Of a DNA stretch of 64,000 bases, positions 55,648 to 64,000 are shown one piece after another (the first letter of the stretch is position 1; each line of letters opens with the position of its first letter). Origin of the DNA: Eledone cirrhosa (taxonomy: Eukaryota); the NCBI GenBank assembly GCA_964016885.1, contig OZ024740.1, positions 120,404,001-120,468,000 on the forward strand, read 5' to 3'. The position numbers and the translations under genes are program-made. The notes below the pieces were generated by a model. It was not told the origin of the DNA. It searched no databases and saw nothing but the letters and a program-made list of their open reading frames with translations.

Positions 55648-55812
55648 AAGTGGTCGTGTAGGTGCCACGATAAAAAGCATGCAGCACACACAATAAATGT
55701 AGTTGAGGTTAGGAAGGTCATCCAACTGTAGAAAGCAAGCCTGGCATTTCTCACAACAGCACAACACGTCTAACCCATGCTAGAGTGGAAAAACAGTGAT
55801 GATAGTGATGAT
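55648..55812 (+). mobile_element. Family B SINE (partial)
   Basis: 'ttaggaaggtcatccaactgtagaaa...ccatgctagagtggaaaa'. Confidence 0.7.
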
Positions 55813-57021
55813 TCATTTATATACACGTATATATATATATATATATACAAATATGTATATACATGTGTGTGTGTATCAAAGTTAGACCTATATTCTCAAT
55901 TTTCAAAGTAGAGTAGAGGATTAAACTTATAGAATGTAATTGCCAGCTTTTCAGAGGAAAGAATAGCCCAATGCTTTATATATATATATAGTAGTTATAC
56001 ATATAAAAAAGCAGAGCCTATATAGACAAAAGTGTTAATGGAAAAACTAATCCTCTTTCATCAAAGAATGGTTTATTCTCTCACAATTGTTTTGAATGAG
56101 ATGTGACCTCGAATTAATTATTCAAATGTTGTTTCAGAATTCTTTTTACAACGTCCATTCATAGATTAGATGTTTTTATACGATCACAGTTCATTCTTAT
56201 ATGAGAGTAAAAAAATAGTCAATGGTAAAGATTTATCATTGAAAAGTTTGTTTACCTTTAGCATGGGATATGTTACTTACTTCCTCATCTTACGAATCAA
56301 GACTCCACCGACCGAATGAGATTTTGTTCGGGTTTTGTTATTTTCACAAACCCATGCTAGGACGGAAGAACGGACGTAAAACGGTGATGATGATGATGAT
56401 ACGATGTTGACATTTAGGCTTAAAAAAATCTACTGTGGAAAACGTCTAAGGGAGATAACTTTTGGAAAGTTAACCCCCGAAATTGTTTACCAGGATGAAA
56501 TAAAGTAGTTTTTGATAAGCTTATTCGACTCCCTCAATAACAATTAATTAATGGGGATACTATTAGATACATCCTGAAGTGGACATAGTCATGTTTTGAT
56601 TGATATTCCCCTAGAAAACTTTCCGCTCTCATTCGCTCAAATATATTCACACACTCATATATTCATATTACATAGGAAATATATATATCTAAATATGTGG
56701 TGAAGCATAAAAACACTAGTATTCCATAACACATTTATTTACACATGCAGAGGGGCACAAACATACATTTCGTGTTAAATTCCTACAAATCCATATTTCT
56801 AAGAATGCATATCCTAGGACTAAACTAACTAGTTCAAGATAAGATCATATTTGACTTCCTTAATCACAATTAATTAATGGGAACAATATTTAATACAACC
56901 AAAAATGGACATAGGTATGTCACAGCTTGTTCAAAACAATAGTAAGAGAATAAACCATTCTTTGATGAAAGAGGATCAGTTTTTCCATTAATACATTTCT
57001 CCCACTTATATATATATATAT

Positions 57022-57432
57022 AATTTGCGTTATATTTCGCTTTTTCTACCCACCGAAATGGGATTCGCATCTGGACTCAGTTTATTGCATGTACTATTGT
57101 TTCGCCGGCAGGTAGCTCGAGACATGATCACTGTATGGATCTGGCTGATTCTACGGCTGCAGGTTCCTTCAGACACGGGCAATTCGTTCGGAGCAAATGT
57201 TCTCACTGCCCGTGTCCGAAGGAACCTGAAGCCGTAGAATCAGCCAGATCCATACAGTGATCATGTCTCGAGCTACCTGCCGGCGAAACAATAGTACATG
57301 CAATAAACTGAGTCCAGATGCATAACAGATTTTTCGTTTTTTTATACTATCCACACTCTGCTCTGTATGAATATTGATTGCTAATTTTGGCATACCACCT
57401 ATGGAAGCACCATAGCTACCATTATACACAAG
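57022..57432 (+). mobile_element. (TA)n-flanked insert with ~115-bp palindrome arms (57067-57181 / 57207-57321)
   Basis: Arms differ at ~2 positions; ~25-nt loop; possible HHR variant in the arm. Confidence 0.75.
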
Positions 57433-57485
<53 letters not shown>

Positions 57486-57899
57486 TAAACGGACGGTAAT
57501 CCGTTTAGTAATATTGTTCTGGTCGTGTTTTCGTTGGCAATCGTCTGTTTACGACAGTACAGCGCGGCTCTACTTTATTTAACTGAGATAAAACTTATAT
57601 GAGCATGAACAGTAGATCATTACGCATCTTTTGGCTTAAAAATCTAGAAATTTGGTCCAGCGGGAAAAAGTTTATAATCAAAGTTTGCTGATAAATCTTG
57701 TGTTCAAGTGAGTGAGTAGTAAGCGTGACGCTAGGGGAGGTAATCCAGAAATGACGTAGCTTTGTCATTAAGCCAGTTGCCTCAACTAGATTGCAATTAT
57801 ACTCAAAAGAACTTTAAAATGTCAATCACTTGTCAGTAATTCACTATGATCATTTAATTATTAGATAGTTGTTGCTTGCATTGCCTTAAAAAATAGTAG

Positions 57900-58926
57900 A
57901 CCAGATAGAAAAATGCGTACAGCAAAAAAAAGAAATATTGTTGGAATATAAACCTTTAAAAATACAGGACAAGAAACTAAAATAAAACTTTAAAAGAATA
58001 GGACAAGAAACTAAGATAAAACTTTAAAGAATTGGACAAGAAATAAAAAATTTTACAATAATATTAGTGGCAACATTTTTTTATTCGTTTCCTGTGCTAT
58101 TATGCCCCAGTATCTTATTGATTAGTGCATAATAATTGTCATGCTCTCATTGTGCGTTGCCCCTGAGCGGTTGGTTCTGGTTGGGGTTGGTTGGCTGAGC
58201 AGTTCTGCTCCGTCAGAATGACCATTGCAAGAAGAATTGGCCGATGCAGCTGCAGGTCTCCTCCAAGAATGCACTTCTGGTCCCGCAACACCAGACGAAG
58301 ATGGAGAAGACGACCGGGACAAGATGTCAACTCTGACCACCGACTACGGCACCTCCCACAACCACTGGTCCTCCCTCCCTCTGTCCCGTCATCCCTCCAG
58401 TCCTCCTGCTCCCCCTTCCTGTACCAGAAAGCTGTGGCACGCATTCATCTGGACTGCCAGACTTGAACTCAAGGACAAGATGCAAGGAGAAGATGGACGG
58501 GTTGGTCAAGAACAAGGATGAGCGGGACGACAAGTCCGTCCGCTGCTGCTCAAGATCTGTGCTCATGGGCCCATGGGTCCATTCACATTATGCATGACAC
58601 ATGAGGCGTGTCGCCGAATGATGAAATAGGGGTATGGTTACTGCCCAATTGGTGTTCAAACCAGGATCAAATGATCCCCCGGTCTGACGACGACCTCTGA
58701 ATGTGGAACCCAGAGCCTATGAATGTGGAACTCGATTTTTTACCAATAAAAATTTTGCCACTAATATTATTGTTTAAATTTTTTATTTCTTGTCCAATTC
58801 TTTAAAGTTTTATCTTAGTTTCTTGTCCTATTCTTTTAAAGTTTTATCTTAGTTTCTTGTCCTGTATTTTTAAAGGTTTATATTCCAACAATATTACTTT
58901 TTTTTGCTGTACGCATTTTTCTATCT

Positions 58927-58929
<3 letters not shown>
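57900..58929. repeat. ~185-bp AT-rich inverted repeats with internal ~33-bp tandem units around a GC-rich ~660-bp core
   Basis: 57900-58084 versus 58745-58929; right arm abuts (TA)n. Confidence 0.88.
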
Positions 58930-58978
<49 letters not shown>

Positions 58979-59182
58979 GTAAATGTATAACTACAGTTAC
59001 AGAGTTACAAGCAGTGACCCTTTCGAAGCATCCAATGCTGTTACAAGGTCTGACTTCTGTTGGGCTGTACTCCAGAGTTAAGGAGGCTTTAATGTGCAGA
59101 GCTCAAATAAAGTCAGTTGGATCAAAGTCACTGTTACAACATATATACAAAATTTTCGTTCCAGTATCGATCAGCTCAGGGA

Positions 59183-59293
59183 GATGAGGCCATATCACAC
59201 TGAAAACACTGGTTCTGTTAAGCAGAGTCGTACCTTGAAACTACTTAGATGGGTGACCACCTGCAAAGCCTCGAAGCCTAGTTGCTGTAAGCA
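59183..59293 (+). pseudogene. 5S rRNA pseudogene
   Basis: ggccatatcacactgaaaacactggttct..gttaagcag..tacttagatgggtgacc..gctgtaagc is colinear with metazoan 5S, with a deletion just upstream of box A. Confidence 0.75.
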
Positions 59294-59309
59294 TCCTTTA
59301 TGCAACAAC

Positions 59310-59626
59310 ACATGGCTTAATGATTTGTGTATTGGGCTTACAATTGTCAGGTTGCGAGTTAGAACTTTTCACTGGACAGTATGTTGTGTCCCTGAGCAAG
59401 ACATTTTACTTCATATTGCTTCAGTTCACTCAGATGTAGAAATTGGTTACCAAACTGTATCAGCCTTTGCCTTTCCATTGAACTACAGTTGTAGCAGGGA
59501 GAGGGAAGACTGGCATGCATAGGTAACTGCAGGTCTTCCATAAACAACATTGTCTGGGCTTGTGCTTTGAAGGAGTTTCTAGGAGCAAATCTCATGGACA
59601 TTCATGACCAAAGGCTCTTTACCCTT
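59310..59626 (+). mobile_element. Family C CORE-type SINE
   Basis: 'tgttgtgtccctgagcaagacattttacttc' CORE-like block; 'ctttacccttt' tail. Confidence 0.75.
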
Positions 59627-59904
59627 TGTGTATGTGTGTGTGTATGCTGGTTCTTCTCTTTTTGTATTCAGACTCTTCTTATGTGTAATCTTGTTTCATT
59701 TAGGTTTATTGTATTAACATCATATTTATCATACAAGTTACTGGACATTATGTTATGTCAACTCATAAAATGTTTCAGTAATAATCCATTTTCTATATAT
59801 TTGTAATATCAAATATCTGATCCAATATCTAATCTTCTTTCATTTATGACACATACACACACACACAAACATTTGCCTAGATACATTCACACACATATAC
59901 ACGT

Positions 59905-60095
59905 AAAATGCATCCAGTACACTGTAAATTGGTCACCACGAAAGATATCCAGCCACAGAACCATTGCCAAAATATGGAACATATGCATAGGTTATAGTTC
60001 TTTTCCATCTAGTCTCAAACCATGACAACTCACCTAACCTAAGCCATCCTGGAAAGTTAAACTAAAAGTGATGATGAATATGATGATGATGATGA
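59905..60095 (+). mobile_element. Family B SINE (diverged)
   Basis: 'cagtacactgtaaa...atccagccacagaa' and (GAT)n tail. Confidence 0.55.
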
Positions 60096-61000
60096 CACAT
60101 ACAGCAACTCAACTGTTAAAACTATTACATTATTCATTTAAGTACACAAAAATATGGCAGCATATAATTTAGTTAGTTACAACAAATTTATTATATTAAG
60201 AATATGATGCTTGCAAATAATCTAATTTAGTAGTCCTAAACTTCATCCAGTAAACTAAAACATTTTTAGATGTATAGAGTAACAATTTTCATGATTCATA
60301 TATCCGTACATAGATCTGTAGAGAAAAAGGATTCAAAAGTAGTAGAAATGTGATAGTTGCTAAAATGGATAATCTTAAATGTGGAAACATGTTATTTGTG
60401 TGAGCATTATATTGTGTGTGAATACAATCAGAAAATGCTATGTAATAAAGGGTGTTTTAGTAGTAATGATGCTGATAATATTAATAATAAAAGGGAAGTA
60501 ATAAAGTCAGGCACCATTGTCATCAAGGGAATATGCTAGCAAACATATCAGCTGAAAATAATATACTATGAATAATATTTGTGAGAAAATATTCTTTTCA
60601 AAAGCTATTACTTTTTTTTATCTCCATTATATTAATCTGATAAGAAAAGCAAGGGCTTATAGCTCCATGGATGCAAATTCCAATTGGTTATATTTTGGTA
60701 GGATGGAAATTACAGTATGGGCATTACAAAATATGCTACAGGAAGAGTAATGTAAAGAAGAGCTGTTTATCATAGAAATGTGTAAGCAATGTATGGATCA
60801 GCCTGCTTGAATTAATACAGCATCTACGCTGAATTAAAATGTTTACTCCCTTAACTTTTACTCATTTATTAGAATGCTTATAAATGATGATATGTGGCAG
60901 TGAATTGACAATATCATTTAGGAGATGAATTAATTGCCTAAGTTTTTGTTTCATGCTCTGAAATGAAATCCTGCCAAAGCCAACTTTGACTTAAATCTTT

Positions 61001-61730
61001 TTGGCGAAGATTCGAAACCAAATCTGATCTTTCCCGCCTCTGAGACAAGCAGTGGTCAGTTGTTTAGGCCCGGCAGACCAACCCCTTGGGAGATGCTAAA
61101 CACAGGTCAGAGGTTGTTTACACCTGTCAGAAAATAGGTCAGCGGATATATCCATCTTTCTGAGTTGTTTACACCTGGCAAACCAACCCCTTGGGAGATA
61201 CTAACCAAAGGTCAGAGGATATATCTATCCTAACTTCAACCCTTATAAATACAAGTCTTCTTTACGCCCTACGAGAAAAGAAGTGATATACAGACATGAC
61301 AAGTCGCATTACAGGCTCTTGTCATGAAGAATCAGTCTGCACACTATTTCTCACATACCTTACACACCTGACTGCTAAAACAAGAAAATATACTAATACG
61401 CACACACGCACTCATAGTAAGTTCACACTGTTTGCATTTTACACGCACCATTTCTGTCATTCACATTGTATCTTTCAGATACAATACAAATTATCTTATA
61501 ATCGTATTCTGTGATACTTGTATTTACTTGGCTCGAAGATCCACCTACTTATTGTACGAATATTTCATGTTATAGATTTTATCATTCAATATTCAAATTG
61601 AATATTGTTATAATAAAATAAACTTTGTAACAACACAATCCTGGTATTATTCATTCTATTGAAACCATCATACCAACAATTCAATCTATCCACTTATCGT
61701 TACAACCCAAATATTCATTACAGCCCTAAT
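61001..61730 (+). mobile_element. Candidate solo LTR following a family A SINE head (60890-61000); ends uncertain
   Basis: U3-like direct repeats ('accaaccccttgggagat' x2, 'gttgtttacacctg' x2), TATAAATA ~61244, AATAAA ~61612. Confidence 0.4.
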
Positions 61731-62965
61731 CCTTAAGCAGTGGATTTTCAGAATTGCTTAAGATTCATACAGGTTGCTATATGGTATTTCTTCTGGCTCT
61801 GTGCATCCTGATTTCAAATTGCACAAGTCACCAGAAAAGAATTGGTGCTTCTGCCAAAAGTTGTGAATTTAGCTGTTTGACAAAAGAACTATCAGATTGA
61901 TAAAATAAAACTACCAGACTTTGAAAAATATATACTAGGATCAATATTATTGACTAAATCCCTTTAACTTAGTGCTTCACCACAGTCACTGTCAAATGAT
62001 TGAAACCAGTAAACAGGTATACTAATTTATACAAGTCAACATTCACATCTACTATTTCTATTAGAATATTAGTGAGAATAGGAAGGCCATTCAGAATTAC
62101 AGCTTAAGTTTCTGAAATATACAAGCAATGTCCCAAAATTACAAAATATGCTGAATATATGCTAGTGCTGAGAAAAGAAAGGAAGAAATAGAGTAACACA
62201 AGAAACGAATGAGAAAACAAATAAAATGATTGATTTAATGGTACTGTTAATTTAATGCAGGTAAATAACCAATCTATTTTAGAATGCAAGAATTTGCAGC
62301 AGCAGCATAGCTTGCATAGAAATTGAGATGAAAAGAGAGACAGGAATAATAAAAATGATACAGAAGAGAAAGCAATGTGGAAAGAAGTTTGCTAGGAGTT
62401 ATAGGCGACAGATGTCAAGATAGGTAGCTTTGCGCTTATGAGTAGCCAATATCTATTGGTTCCAAAGGATTAGAAAGAGATAAACTAAAACAAAGAACTA
62501 CAACTTTCAGAGGAATGGAATGCATTTTAGTAAGATTTCTATACACAGATCTCTAAATATTGTCACAAAGATTTTGCCAATATATTCAGATTACTTTCTG
62601 TCAGTTGTAATATCAGATCAATAGTTTTGCCTGATCACAGTTCAGTTCATCATTTGCTATCTTCCTTTTTTTCTTCTATTTCTTTTGGTTATTGAATAAA
62701 ATAAATGTTCATCATAAAACAAAGAGGCACAGCAGCTGAATACTTATAGTGCTTCTTTCTCTACTAAGTCGACACCACACACAAACACACACATATATGT
62801 ACATACATATATATTTATGCATGTATGTGTACATGTTTGTGAGTGTGTTTGGCAACCTCCTAGTGTTGGTGATTTATGTAGTAAATGCACCCAGTATGTA
62901 CTGTAATGAGTTTGTTAAGAGGGAGGGCATCCATAGAAAATATGCCAAATTATATATATATACAT

Positions 62966-63478
62966 ATAAGTTAAAACAATGAAATAAAAATTCAAGTCAT
63001 TAGAAATATACTTCACTGCTTTACGATCGTTTCTAGGTGATACTAATACATTGTACGCATATTTCGTTATCGATCTATGTAGGGTTAGTTACAAAATATC
63101 AAATAAGGAATATATTTACCTACATGTATATCATCAGCCGTTGTCAAAAGCAATCATTGCTTTTGAAACGGCTGATGATATACATGTAGGTAAATATATT
63201 CCTTATTTGATATTTTTTAACTAACCCTACATAGATCGATAACGAAATATGCGTACGATGTATTATTATCACCTAGAAACGATCGTAAAGCAGTGAAGTA
63301 TATTTCTAATGACTTGAATTTTTATTTCATTGTTTTAACTTATATCATGACTCTGTTTTCCTTTTGATGTTTTATTGTTTTCCGGGATTTATTTTAACCT
63401 ACAACATTTTCAACATATGGATTACATTGAGTTCTTCATGCAGACCTAGACCCCACAGCTAACCGTGGATATTTCTGT
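62966..63478 (+). mobile_element. (TA)n-flanked insert with ~190-bp palindrome arms centred ~63155
   Basis: 62966-63154 versus 63156-63345, few mismatches; unique tail to 63478. Confidence 0.85.
63155..63295 (+). ncRNA. Decayed type-I hammerhead with ~105-nt stem II domain
   Basis: Stem I cattgctt/aagcagtg; core TTGA(C)AA; stem II ggctgatgatatacat/atgtattattatcacc; GAAA cgatcg TA. Confidence 0.6.
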
Positions 63479-63494
63479 ATATATATATATATAC

Positions 63495-64000
63495 TATCAT
63501 CATTTTTACATCTCTATTTCCATGCTTGCATGGGTTGGATGAGTTCTTTTCAGCACAGCATTTCCCCATTAGCAGCGTTCCATTGTCATCTCAGCGAAGT
63601 GAGATCAGCTCCTTCCCATTGGGATTTACCGATACTTCACCCAGCAATCATCAACCAAGCTCAGTCTTTCTCTCACTCCACACCCAATGAAGAATGGCTG
63701 CTACATTTCTCTCCACCCGAAGCATAAAGCCATCCTTTTGTACATATAGCAAAATCTTTTGTTCTCAACAGTGGGAGTAGTTCTCTTAAGTTCTTCCATC
63801 CTATCTTTAATCTAGCTATTATACTCTTTGAGCACCACCCTCTACTCCTAATAAGATCACCTAGGTAGCAGAAGCTGCCAATCAATTCTATGAATCCTTC
63901 ATGTGATTGGAAATTTTTCATATCACTGGTGCTCTTCCTCTTGACTACACTTGTGCATCTAGGGCATACAAAGAATTCCTTTTCTGTTATTCTGCCTGTT
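63495..64000 (-). mobile_element. Degenerate RTE LINE 3' part
   Basis: SFCYLGD..ARLKIGWKNLRELLPLL..KGWLY; tail 'gcaagcatggaaatagagatgtaaaaatgatgat'. Confidence 0.82.

Noticed and set aside
57520-57552. Minus-strand CAGACGA ttgccaac GAAA
   Set aside because: Stem II only 2 bp and stems I/III unconvincing
58122-58566. Five overlapping short ORFs as protein-coding genes
   Set aside because: Expected in GC-rich sequence; no recognisable motifs or splice context

Overview
AT-rich eukaryotic, largely non-coding DNA. The SINE/LINE repertoire and very long (TA)n tracts suggest an octopod cephalopod (inference). No intact host gene is evident. The best host-gene candidates are a two-exon C-type-lectin-like ORF and a 21-nt microexon, both on the minus strand. 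Recognisable mobile elements are RTE LINE fragments, two R4/Dong-type RLE LINE copies beside (TAA)n, three Penelope-like element (PLE) copies (RT and/or GIY-YIG), several SINE families, two candidate solo LTRs, MITEs and a 5S rRNA pseudogene. The main hidden signal is in the (TA)n tracts. They host at least five sequence-unrelated families of short non-coding inserts carrying type-I hammerhead ribozyme (HHR) folds, often as partial tandems or with a 5' inverted duplication that forms a large hairpin. These include a two-ribozyme ~526-nt unit (16122-16730), a ~425-nt unit in two copies, a conserved CAGAAGA core variant and HHRs with very long stem II. This looks like a microsatellite-targeted set of retrozyme-like or non-autonomous PLE RNAs. 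All folds were derived by eye; no activity is shown.
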